A DNA stretch of 64,000 nt from Rhizodiscina lignyota (lineage: Eukaryota), in assembly GCA_010015805.1 (NCBI GenBank), contig ML978122.1, positions 434,001-498,000 on the forward strand. Reading direction: 5' to 3'. Under the pieces are notes generated by a model. The model had not been told where the DNA came from, did no database searches, and saw only the letters and a list, made by a program, of their open reading frames with translations. This document shows positions 10,937-23,250 of the stretch, piece after piece; within the stretch, counting starts at the first letter, position 1; every line of letters begins with the position of its first letter. Both the position numbers and the translations under genes were made by a program.

Positions 10937-12995
10937 CCGCCATCCTCCTGACTTTCGATTTGGATGGGCGGGACCAATTCCAACAAATGAATTCAGCATA
11001 GCGAAAACCGAAATCATCTCAAAAGCATCTTCCGCAAACGATGTCTGTAAAACTAGCATTGCCAGGGCGGGAATCCAGCACAATCAAACAGCATTTCCGG
11101 CGCTTGGGATCAACCATCTGGCGTTCTTTCAACAATTCTACGATATACCCCTAGGGACATTGGTGTTTCTGACGAGCTTTTTCTTGCGTTCATGTTTTTT
11201 CTTACATCATATCGAGGCGTTTGCATTGCAAGTTCTGATCAAAAGACCGGATGGGCCTACTGGAAAGCGCAAGCTTCACGGCTATCACACCACACACACG
11301 TTCTTGTAGAACTAGGAGGACAGCGCCTTGATGGCCACTCACTTTCGAACGATGTATTCTGTACACGCATTTTTATACGTCGTTCGCTGCTTGGAAACCA
11401 CCTTCGATTCGTTACGACCTGTTGTAGAATATCTTTTTTTTCCTTCTTTTTCCCCCATCTAACGCCGACGGGATGGGATAAGATGGGCGGCCCCTGTCTT
11501 TGTGTGCTTCACTTCGCTTCTTCTTGCCGTCGTTGCTGTGCAGCGAGATGGGACTTTTCACTACCTTCACTCTTGCGTTGGGGGCTTTTCTTGCAATGAC
11601 GGGAAGGGGTTTCGTGTTGACGCGCTCATGAATTGGGAGGCAAATTTCTGCAATCTCGGGCATGGGAGCATGGGCATGGGCCACGGGGCATTGGGCGGGA
11701 AAGGGGCGGCTGAAGGAAGGCCAAGATGGAAGGCTGAAATTTTCTTTCCTGATACCAGCATCAGCATTGGGAGGCGGAATTTTGTATGAGTTTGAGAAGG
11801 ACCCAGTCGATCTTTTTCAAACAAATGAAAACCATTTTTAATTAAAATCCTTTCCAAACAAAGCTCGCGTGCCTCACCGCCAATGTCCCCATTTAGCTCC
11901 TCCGCAAACGGCGCGGAGGGAGCCATCGTCATCAACATTCCTATGTACCTGATAACCCCCCGCGCAGCGAATCATGCGCTGTGGCGAAGGCGGCTGGGCG
12001 GCCCAACATCGACGCGGCCTGCTGCGATTCATGGCCCAGCCGGAAAACCGGGTCGGTGCTGACTTGCGCCCGCAGCAAGCCCCGATCTAGCGTTTCCTTT
12101 TTTTTATTTAGATGAAACATGAGGGATACGCGCAACCGCGCGCGCGCTCGACGTCGGGCGCACGTAAGCGAAAGCGAAGAATCGCCTTCCAACCCCCCTT
12201 CTTCCAGGGATCATGCTTTTCGAAGTTTTTTTTTTTCGCTTTTCCACTTTTTTTTCTTTTCATGTAAAGTTTTCGGCGTCCGGATCCTTGGGTCCCCGGG
12301 ACCCTGTTTCTTACTTTCGGCGATTTTCCTGGGCGGAAATTGGAAATCGTCTGTGCGCGGGTTTGTCTTGCGTTTGGTGTTGTGGGGTGACCGGCCGGAT
12401 GGAATCTTGCGAAGGAAAAGGAGAAGAAAAAGGGTACGATACGAGTGTGTGTGGCGTGAGCCTCAGGATCCCGAGGCTGCGGGAATTGGAATTGGTATGG
12501 AAGATTGGGGGGATTTTGGGATCTCGGGACTGGGATCGCGTGAAACATTAGACGAAATGTACGACATCGAAGACCCCTGGGCTTAGGATTTTGAGGAGCA
12601 GGAGACGACGCCCCGACGATCCTGCTCCGTGCGATGAGGAGGGTGGGGATTAAGGGATCCTTTGGTAGGGCTCAACCACTTGCGCAATTGAGGCAGAGAT
12701 AACGGTGGGACCGGTGGATTTTGGAAATACGAAATCTTGGTATGATACAGGTGGTATATCGTACGATCCTCTGCGGCTTTGGGAGGCCTGTCAAAGAGGA
12801 CTTGCAGATCTATGGGTACAAATCTAGCGGGAACGCGATGGAAGTAAGCGAACGCCAACAACCACACCTTACGTACTGGATAGCGACATCTTCCGGCAGG
12901 AGGCTCCACAGTCGTATTAGGTCGCTAGTCTCCGACCGGTTTGTCCAAGTGCTTGTAATACGAACTGGAAGATACACGTGCGGAGACAACCACAT

Positions 12996-14063
12996 CTACC
13001 ACAGCTTGTTCGCCTCGACAGCCTTCTTCTTGGCCTCCGCAACTCTTTTAATGCGTTTCTCTCCTTCTTTTGGCGGCTTGAAGAACAAGCTTGGTCCTTC
13101 GCCCTCCTTTACAGTATGCACTAAGTATCCGCGATGCGCCGGATCTCTGTAGTATTCAATGTCCGTACGTCCAGCGGGGTCGGGCAGGCGGTATCTGAAC
13201 TTTGGTAGGGCGGGTATTCTTGCTGAAGACGGTGTTGTATTCCCCGAGTCAGCAGCCGGTGCTGGTGTGGACATTGGTATAATGCTTTCAAGAGGACCGC
13301 CAATGGCTTCGAGCGATGCGAATGGATGCGAGTCTCCTTTGAGTATTTGCCTGATTGACTGTGCTGTGTAGTAGCGTGATATTACAGAGCCACCGCGTTT
13401 CTCGACAGCAGCGACAGCCGTCGCAGAGGCTCGGGAGACGATGATGTTTATGGGTGTGCGCAGTTCTCCAGCGTTCTAAATAATTGATCTGTTAGTGCCC
13501 TGACCCCGACCCCGTTCACCATTGAAATGGCAGACGTACTTTTGCCAGCAATTTCACGCCGTCCTTTACTCCGTGTATACATCTTGACCTCGCGAGCTCC
13601 TTCAGCGTAATCGGCTTTGAAGCATCCAGTCGTCCTTTATCTATCCATTCTTGAATTCGGTCTAGGTTCACAGGCGCTATCTCCGGTGCAAATCTATATC
13701 AATTGTAAGCCCCAATACACGCGATTAGCCTTCTCCAAAGCCCGCCTGCAGCACGTACATATTCTTGAAGCCTCTCGGCCCATGCGTCACCTCATCGGTT
13801 GTCTGGCCACCATTGAACCCCGCCGGCACCTTGCCATGCTGCTTTTGGCCTTTGTGACCACGTCCAGACGTCTTTCCCTTGCCTGAAGAGGGTCCGCGTC
13901 CGCGTCTGATGCGCTTGTTGTACGCTCCTGGGGCGTCGGAGAGGGAGCCAAGGATCGAAGCGTGGCGCTGTTGGTGGAGGAAGGGCACCAGAAAGGTCGC
14001 GACAGGGAATTGGGGTGATGTGAGAGATTTTGCAGCCCTTGCGAGCTGTAATCGTGGAGGCAT
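12996..14063 (-). CDS. MRPL10: Mitochondrial ribosomal protein uL15m (YmL10-like), 3 exons
   Basis: Basic presequence-like N-terminus, uL15 motif [23 protein letters not shown], then [17 protein letters not shown] and [11 protein letters not shown]; introns at 13758-13694 and about 13538-13476. Confidence 0.92.
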
Positions 14064-14338
14064 TGTGGCTGTTGCACAGCTCTCTAATGGTCGAGGTCTT
14101 GATTTTCGTGAAAGAAAAGCTGAAGCTCTCATCCGAAGTTTTGCCGAGAGCCTTACTGGCAGACGACCACCCAAGTGACAATATCAGGAATTAATTCAGA
14201 GATGCGAATCTTCTTAATCCCATTGTATTCAGTGGTACACATTCTGAGTGCCAACGCATTTAATCAATCAGTATGCACAGCACACCTATTTCCCGCCTTC
14301 AACACCGTTACTCGCTAGCATCTCCCATAATCCGTCCA

Positions 14339-15239
14339 TCACACGCCGGTGACATTGAAGATCGCAGCGAATGGATCCCACTCAGCATTCGTGTGCCTCT
14401 CGTATTCCATAAAGTTCGCAACCTTTGTGGCTGTCATGTTTCCGAACTGGCATTCAATGAATGCCAAGGTGATGTCAATTCCAGCAGAGATCCCTAGTTC
14501 ATAAGTAAGCACATTCTATCAAACGCCTGGCCATGCATCTCTGGAGTATACCAGACGAGGTCCATATGTTTCCATCAACGGTCCAGCGCGCATGCGACAC
14601 CCAGTTGACCTGAGGGCGTTGTTTCACAATAGAGTACCACGCCGCCTTGTTTGTTGTTGCGTGTTTGCCGTCCAGCACGCCGGCCTTGGCCGCAAGCAGA
14701 GAGCCAGTGCACACCGTTATGAGGTATTTGAGCTTCGGATAGGTCTCTGCGATGTACGCGATTGTGTCATTGAGCAATGGCGAACGACTGCCTGCCTCAC
14801 CAGGTATGATGAGAACCTCGAGATCTTTCGGCGCCGTCTTCAGCGTGTGTGTTGGCAGAACTTGCTGGAACACGTTGGAGTTGAGCGGGTTCCCAGCTGC
14901 TGTGGGTGGCCGTGTGTCGACAGGATCCATAGTCTCGGAGAGCAGGGCAATGTTCATTTTATAGTATCGCGAAAGGGTCAGAAGTGCTTCGATCGGGCCA
15001 AAGACGTCCATGGGCTCAAAGCCTCTGAAAACCAGCATGCCCCACGAGCGAGGGTACGAGGGATTGGTTGTATTGAGTGCATTTGACGCTGGGATTGTCG
15101 TAAGTCTGTTTGATAGCTTGAGTATCTTCCGATATCATTGTAACCTACAGTAGCACCCATTTCCCTGACCTTGCTGGTCATACGCAGCAGCGACGTTTGT
15201 CAGGCCGATTATGGCCAAGATAGTTCGAAGGAGGAGCAT
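14339..15239 (-). CDS. DJ-1/PfpI (ThiJ) family protein, isocyanide-hydratase-like, with predicted signal peptide (3 exons, ~254 aa)
   Basis: Exons 15239-15184, 15105-14552 and 14493-14339 splice in frame: MLLLRTILAIIGLTNVAAA-LTT...FRGFEPMDVFGP...TVCTGS...ATTNK..W..RWTVDGNIWTSSGISAGID..MEY..WDPFA. Confidence 0.88.
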
Positions 15240-16424
15240 GTTATTAGGGCGGATGAGCTCCCTTTGCACAGAAGATGATTGAAGATTGGAAAAGGATATC
15301 GTGTTTGTTGCAGAATAAAAGCGGAACTAGAAAACAAATGCAAAGTAAATGGAGAATCGAACTCCAGCTTGGGCTAGCTGTAGGTGTTGTTTAGCGGCAT
15401 TTGAGCAAGTTTTTGAATTGTGAATAGCTGTATACAATGGAGTTTCCTGGAATGGGCGAATTACGCGCTTTCAAGCCCTTTGGCGCTAAATGGAGCATGT
15501 GACAAGGGAAATACTAGCCGTCAATAACTATATGTTACGTTGGGTTGGAAGACGGTAAGGAAGAGGAGATAATAGGCCTTGCTCTCAGCGCGATTCGACA
15601 GTACAACCAAAAAAAAAAGGAAGCTACGAGGGTAGGGGCCCGGGGTTCGAACTTGTGGCCTACAGAAGCAAAAAAAAAAAGGGGCTCTCTCTGCCAATGG
15701 TTAGCCTGTACCTGCTCTTTTCGTTTAAACTCACACATATTATCTGTGACATGATCCAAACTCGACCACATCACTAAGTCTCACCGTAATGCCCGAAGGC
15801 ATTAGCAAGTAAACACTGGAATGTATATATACTCTCTAAATTTAAAATAATTATTCAGGGGTACAAACCGAACTCGAAGGGCTCTATGCCATATCTCTTG
15901 CATAATTACATAGTCACAAATTCAAATAAGCAACATGTTTAAGCAGTGAGATCCTTGATCTTGAGGTTCTGCGCAGGCTGGCTTCCCCTCTCAGATCAAC
16001 CGCGGTCTCTTGCTGTGACGATCTCGCCGCGAACAGTAGTAACTTGAACGATCGCAGAATAACACATGACACATGAAGAAACAGGGCCTTTGAGTGGCTT
16101 TTGGCATGAGAGGGACTTTGTAACGAATTCACAATACTCTTGATGTCTGTCGTCGTCCGATGATACATCTCGATATGAGATGTCGTCTAGTGTAATAAGA
16201 TCTTAACTGAATTAGGGATAGCGCCTTTGTAGTTCAGGGTGAAAACTCTACACCCTCATCCATTCTATCTCAAGTTCCACAACTGATCGATCCTTTAAAT
16301 ACGCTCTGGTTGCGAATTCCAAAATTGCATACCCGAATTAATTTACATACCATTACTCCCGGGCTTCTCAGCTTGTCAACTCCACAGCTCCTCAATAGTC
16401 ATTCTGTACTGCACGTCTTGGAGC

Positions 16425-18290
16425 TTACGGTCGCGAAACCAGGATCCAGACCAGCCATCTAATAGTACAAGCCCAGACCTTTTTGACGGTTTGCACAAGC
16501 ATGCCCATACCACATCGCTGCAGACCTTGGGGGACTTGACTTTTTGAGCCAACAAAGCCTGCATCAGCTAAATCGGCGACATGTGCCTCCATACTTTCCG
16601 AACCAGGTTTCTCTCTAAGATTAAAGTGGCCTCCATCTGGTCCATCTACCCAGCCTCCTTGATACCGACCACTTGCGATGGCCTCCTCGGCAACTGAAGC
16701 CTTCGCCAGATAGAACGATTTCTCTCCCTCCACTTTGAGGATTGAATTGTGCCATGGTGTCGGAACTTGGAAATCGTAACTCGGTTTTGGCTCGTGGCGC
16801 CTATCCAGCGACTCAATCTCCCTCACTCTGTCTTTAGAAAATAGACGAATACCAAACTTTGGACCTTTATTTGGATGCCTGACTCGAATTAAGTATTGCT
16901 CTGACCAGCTATAGCATTGCTGTACCTACGCGTGAATACTGAGCCTGATGAAGTTGGGGAAAAGCAGCTCCAATAGGTTTGAATATGCTTGATTCCTCTT
17001 TGAAACAATCAGTATTGTACTGCCTTCTTGTACAGCTTCAACTCACCGCAATCATCTCACCCGCGACTTTGCAGGCCAGCTTCTTACGCTGACTCACTGA
17101 TGACAGTTCAGCGAAGCTCGGATGGGCGATGTCTTCGAGCATGAACCGGGACAAGCCTCTGTACGTTCGCAGGGTATTGTTGTCTCCATGTTTCAATAGT
17201 GCTCTGAAGTTGTCTTGGTCGATTTCACAGGCGGCCATCATCAATTTTCGGGAGAGCTCCGCATCATCACAGAGTCGCGTCTGAAGCGGGTGGAAAATAT
17301 CATGCCCCTGCATCCATTCGTCGGAGAAGGTTCTTCTCAAGTCATCATTTGAAAAGAACAATTCCTTGAGGCCTTTGAATTGAATCGCCTTCTGATCTGC
17401 TGCTGAAGGATACCTCTCTGCGTAAATTTCTCTGAGCCTGTCGTCGTAAAATGTGACCTTGTCGTCATCAACTCCGACTATTCAGCGGGTCAGTTATATT
17501 TCGTTTCTGTCGCTAGAAAAGGAAGCTCACTGCAATCTGAGAACACATGGCCGTCGCTAATTATCCACAGTGTAGCTCCTGTAGGATATATCTCTGTGAT
17601 TTCGGCGATAAAACTTCGGAGCACATCTAGAGCGAGGCACTCTGCCGCATCTGGGTCCATGCCACCAACTTTTCTAGGATTCGGAGACTTGCAAGGAAAC
17701 GCCGGCAAGCCGAATTGAACCGGGAGGCCTTTCTCCACGTACCCATAAACTCGGTTCACAAAATATGCCCGGCCCCCATCGGAATGCCACGCATCGCCTT
17801 TCGAAAGGGTATTTCGAAGCCGGGCATCAAAGATGACAGCGATCTCTTCCGATAGTGCTCTGGCCTCGCCGTTCTCGTCAGATCCTGTCTGGCAGAAAGG
17901 TTGCAATTTCGTCCCACGGAGAAACACAGTGAAGATCCAGTTTCGGAACGCGCCAGCACCTTTACCATTCTCTTGTATGCAATATACAAGACCACGGACG
18001 ATGTGCCTAATTGCATCGTGGACCTCCAGAATCTGGGTTTTTCGGTGACCGTGATAGCTGATGTTCCCTATGCACGGTACATGGATATCGATCGACATCA
18101 AGCCTTGCGAGTCCTGGCAGGTTCCGGATGCAGAATACTTTTTTTCGAGCTCTTGCCATATACGCTGCCAATTTTCTCTCAGGCCTGCAGCGGAACGACC
18201 TTCCGCCGCAAGGAGTTCACCTTCGTACGTTCGGCAATATAGAGTGTGGATATCGTGGTAAACAGAGGTGCCATTATTGAGTGCCTCCAT
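16425..18290 (-). CDS. DIT1: DIT1/PvcA-family isocyanide synthase (4 exons, ~570 aa)
   Basis: Family motifs LPAFPCKSPN..KV.G..PD.AE, IISDGHVFSDC(I)GV, RNQAYS, RLSIHAHPNKGPKFGI, PTPWHN; exons 18290-17531, 17477-17047, 16997-16930 and 16878-16425 splice in frame through GT-AG introns. Confidence 0.92.
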
Positions 18291-19137
18291 GTCTTCAAAA
18301 AGCTAAGAAGTCCAATTCAAGTGTTCAGAAACTATTAGCTTCTATTATCTACAGCTCTTCTCTGGCCGAGCAGATTTTCGGGTCAATTTGAACGGTTTTG
18401 CCTTGGTGTCACAATCAGCGAGTGGAATTGCTCCATCAACACTGCCCTCTTCAGCTTCACCAGTATTCGATTTCTTGGGACTGTCTCCGAAATCCCACAA
18501 CGACCATCGTCCTGACCGGCTTTGTCAATCTAGCACAGTCAGCATATACAGCCAAGTACAACATGTACACAGCTGAGGCAGAATGTCTAGGACCAACCAG
18601 GGGATTATGGAACTTGCCACGCTACCTGTCAAATCGCCCTGAAACTGGAGGCTTTCTGTCAGACATTACAATGGGAGCCGTGTCTCCATCGCCTTCCGAT
18701 TTTGGAATTGTCTGCTCTTGGACCCTGTGGGAGAGACGTATCGCCGACTCCCGCTCCGCAAAAGGGCGGTCGGAATTCAGCAATGAGGCTGAAAGCATGT
18801 CTTGCCGTAGCTGTGACATGCTTTTCATCTAAGCTTCGGACCCCAGCAACACAGCCTGTGAACCATTGCCAAGCATCACCCAAGAGTCTGTGCTTGATCC
18901 CTGTAAGGTGACGTTTCGCTTTGGATTTGAGCGACGCTTGGACGCCTACAGTCCTTTTGAAAGTACGCGCCAAAAGCAGCTCTTACAAGATTTTGATACC
19001 GCCCGTATTGAAACTGCTGACGGAAGAGTCTATTGCCATAGTCTTGCGAGCGTCCATCTTTCCCGTCGGGACATAGGAGAGCACACCTTTTACACTATTA
19101 ACTCGATCTCTCTCCGACCTTTCCACCAACTTGCAGC
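18291..19137. promoter_or_regulatory. Divergent promoter shared by the DIT1-like and DIT2-like genes
   Basis: 847 bp between head-to-head ATGs; contains GCCAAG at 18551-18556 and TGCCAAG at 18867-18873. Confidence 0.65.
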
Positions 19138-20722
19138 ATGGGAATTATTGTGGCTGCTGTTCTCCTTTCGTGTATATGGTTGGTTTTGTCAACTGTGTGC
19201 CGTCGTTTCCTCACCCCTCCTCCAACACTTCCAAAGAATCTGCCTACGATTCCCTTTTACTATGCGTTGCTTCCTCTTGTCAAGGACATCGATCAAGAGC
19301 AGCTCTATCGGAAATACCTTGAAAAGCCGCTGAACAAATACGGTGCCGTCAAGATCTTTTTTGGAGGCCGATGGAATATCCTGATCACGCGCCCGTCATA
19401 CATCTCCGAAGTCTTCAAATATGAGGACATCTACGCAAAAAGCGGCAACCAGAAAAAGATACCGAGCGGAGTTCTTGCTCAGTATACAGGTGACAACATT
19501 ATCAGCAGCCACGGCGAAAACTGGAAACTGTATACTTCGGTCATCAAACCAAGCCTGCAGCAGGACTACGATGAAGCTCAGCTATATCGCAATACCCGCA
19601 CGTTGATATCTAAATTCCTTGCTGAGCAAACACAGTCGGATAACAGATCCGTAATGGTGGTCACTTTGCTCCAGCGCTATACGCTAGCAAATTTATCGCA
19701 AGTCCTGTTAGGTTCCGATTTCGAGGTACTATTCTCCGTCATCGGATGAGCCAGGCTAACAGGAGCGAGCAGACTCTCGAAAGACCCGACGCGCCTCTGA
19801 GTGAGCTACAAACCTTGATCAAACCAAAAATCTTCAACCCTTTCTTTCTGAATTTCCCATTCCTGGATCGCTTCAAGCTCCGCAGTCGCGAAGAAGCTCG
19901 AAAGCTTGTGCAGAAGTTCCAACAAGAGCTCTGCGCAACCGTGCGCCGCGGCCACCAACACAAAGACTGTAGCTTGAACGTCAATAGCCTAGGTTGTCGC
20001 ATGATCACTGCATCTGAGAGCAACCTCTGGACGGAGCAGCAGTTTAAGCACAATATGGTCAGCGTGTTCCTGGCTGGCCATGAAAATCCTCAACTTCTGC
20101 TTACTTCGATGATGTTCCTCCTCGGCGAGCACACGGATATTCAGTCTCGACTACGCAATGATCTTATGAGGTTAACCGAGGCCGAACCTAGCACAGCTTT
20201 GCAGGATGTGCCATTCTTCACCGCCGCCATATATGAAACACTTCGCATGTACCCACCCATATCACAGCTCATCAATCGCTGCACCACGGGAGATGTAATA
20301 CTCGGAGATGACATTCACATACCTGCAGGCACATATGTTGGATACAACGGCTTTTCCTCAAACAGAGACCAAGCTTTCTGGGGCCCCAGCGCAGATGAAT
20401 TCAGACCTGAGCGATGGGGCTCCACGAATGAGGAGATTAATGCTCTGTACAGACGAGCGAATAGTAAAGGAGCATTCATCAGCTTTCACGGCGGCAGGAG
20501 GGCATGTCTGGGGCAGAAGTTCGCAATGTTTGAGGCTAGAGTTACAATGTCAGAGATATTGAGGAGTGTGAAGTGGATTGTGGACCCAGAGTGGCCGAGA
20601 CGAATGACATCGGTGAGAGTCCTATCACCATACGAGTTTCAGATGAGCTCTCAACTAATATCATCTCTCAGGCTGGGCCGTTGTATGCGAGGATGCTGAG
20701 GCTGAAATTCGAGAAGTTGTAG
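19138..20722 (+). CDS. DIT2: Cytochrome P450, CYP56/Dit2-type (N-formyltyrosine oxidase-like), 3 exons, ~492 aa
   Basis: N-terminal anchor; YAKSGNQKKIP, GDNIISSHGENWK, I-helix AGHENPQL, ETLR, PERW and heme motif FHGGRRACLG, all Dit2-like; introns 19726-19772 and 20613-20671. Confidence 0.9.
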
Positions 20723-21517
20723 TCAGTGAATGGCTACTGTGCGACTGATTGGCGGCGTATTCAATACGTTTGAAATATATTATGAAATGTAACGCGCTCC
20801 AAAATCTAGCAATGAGGCTCTTGTTCGGATATACCTGCCGCTTGTAGCTGATAGCATGATAATGTCGTATGAGGCGACGATGCAATAGAACGTTACTAAC
20901 AATAGGATACAAGCACATGAAGGATTGCTTGAAACTAGGCACCACAGCATTCCTCGACTATATCCTGCTGTATTAGCTCGGCGAGTCTTGCTCTTACAGC
21001 AGGTGTAACTGGGACTGTATTCTCTTGACCGAGGTGTCAGCTTCAGCCGCGACGCTGTTCAATAGACGCTGTGCTACCTCGGACGTTAGCGGTGAGCACC
21101 TCATGTTGCAATATGAAGCAAATGCCCAACGTGTTTGCTAAAATCGCAGTACAGACCTGAACGATCTTCCATCGGAGGAACATCTGTATCCAAGCAACGT
21201 AGGTCCTTGGGTATTTCGAGGCGGTGTACCGGCATTACACAACCATTCTGCGGTATGCCGTCTGTCGGTACGATAATTTTATTTAGGTGCCTCTCGGAAA
21301 AAGAAAAATCGCGCTGTTTTCTCAACCTTCGTGGCTCATGCTGCAAATCCTGAATTGACCGGTGAAGCCGAATCAGTCAGCCCATGATGGATGCAGCGGC
21401 ATATCGGTGGACGAGGCTGTATTGTGCGGCCGATTCCATGATATTGAGATACTCGAACGCTATCTCTTTGAATATCTCACGACCTTTCGTTTCCTTTGGA
21501 AGCCCGCGCATTTCGAG

Positions 21518-23250
21518 ATGAACCGCAACGAGGAGAAGCACCTTTGCAGCTCTGAGAATCAGGTGCCGTCACCACCGCTCACTGCAGCACCATCGAAGGA
21601 GGCATCGGAGGAGCAAATCTCATCCAACGTCCCTCCGCCGTATTCTGCATTTCCAAGGTCCAGAAGATTGTTCATCCTTATTATCGTTACGATTGCAGGA
21701 TTCTTTAGTCCGTTGTGTGGAGCAGTGTACCTGCCCTCCCTCGTTCTGTACACGAAGATATTCAGAACCACTACATCTGTGATCAATGCAACGGTCTCTG
21801 TGTACATGGTAGTATTTGCCATCGCTGTAAGCTCCTTGAAGTACGGTTTCGAAGGCATTCTCATCTAACTGCGTATTTCTAGCCTCTTTTCGGAGCAGCA
21901 TCAGCAGATTACGGCGGGCGAAAAACCGTCTACCTCGTCACACTTGCGATCTTTATACTATCAAATATCCTTCTCGCCACCATCCCACCCAACATAGGTG
22001 CCTTGTTCACCCTCCGGGTCTTCCAAGCGCTTGGTTCGTCAATGGTCACGTCTGTCGGAGCCGGAACTGTTGCAGATATTACTGAGCCGGCACGCAGAGC
22101 ATCGGCGCTCGCCATCTTCTTATTAGGGCCGCAACTTGGCCCTATTCTTGGCCCCTTTATTGGTGGCCAGTTCGCAATGTTTTCGAGATGGAGGTGGGCA
22201 TTTGGATTTTTGGGTACGCGGCATCCGCCCTTGAGTCCTTGACTCAACTCTTGAGGAGCGCTGCTAATATAGTTGGGGGTTATAGCTATCACCTGCACAC
22301 CAGTATACATCCTCATCCTGTTCTATCTTCCTGAAACTCTGCGCTGTCTCGTCGGCAACGGAGAAGTTCTTGCTTCCCGAGGCTGGTTCGTGCAGCCGCA
22401 GCTCCGTCAAGTTGCGCTGGTAGACGACTCTCAGTTCCCGAACCCGCCGCGGCCGACGCTGAAAACGTACTTCAAGCATCTTTCATATCTGCCTCAATTA
22501 ATTGTCGCCTTCAATGGAGCGCTACAGTTCGCTGGACTGTACTGCATGTACATCACCTTCCCGCGAGTCTGGGAGCTGGAGTATGGCTTCAGCACCGCAG
22601 AGGTGGGATATGCGTATCTCAGTCCAGGTAAGTGCATCCAGGCGTCTCTGATCCTTCATCCGAATGACGAGTTTGGCGTGGAACATAGGCATTGCACTCT
22701 TCATTGCTTCTCTGGTGATCGGCAGAGTTTCCGACGTACTCTATCGCCGCTCAATTCGACATCACGATGGCCGCAAGCCTGCTCCGGAGCGGAGATTGAT
22801 GATGCAATACTTCGGCTTTGCCGTTGGTGCTGCTGGAAAGCTCATGTATGGATGGTTTAGCAAATACCATATCCATCCTGCTGGCGGACTCGTTGGAAGC
22901 GCTCTCGGTAAGTGAGCTGTTCAACATCGGTAGAGAACATCTACCACAGAGTCAAGCATGAACCGTTGACAAAGCGAATAGCTGCTGTCGGTACCGGCAT
23001 CATCATGATCACCAGCACAAGTTTCCAGACGGAGTATTTTCCTGGCCAAGCGGCAAGCCTTGTTGCCGTCGCGGGAATGATGCGAAATGTGGGAGCGGCA
23101 ATCTCAGCTGCAATCATCGACCCGCTGCTTGATGGAATGGGGCTGGGTTGGTGTTTTACAGGCCTTGCGATTCTCGACATGGTCAGCATTATCGGGATAT
23201 TCTGGATAATGAAAGATGTGATCAAAAGGGAAGCTGCTTCGAGTGACTGA
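21518..23250 (+). CDS. MFS DHA1 transporter, Dtr1/Qdr-like (5 exons)
   Basis: PYSAF..RR, FSPL...YLPSL, SADYGGRK (motif A), RVFQALGSS..VGAGTVADI..P.RR..A, GPQLGPILGP, LPETLR, PERRL; introns begin at about 21827, 22214, 22628 and 22908. Confidence 0.88.
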
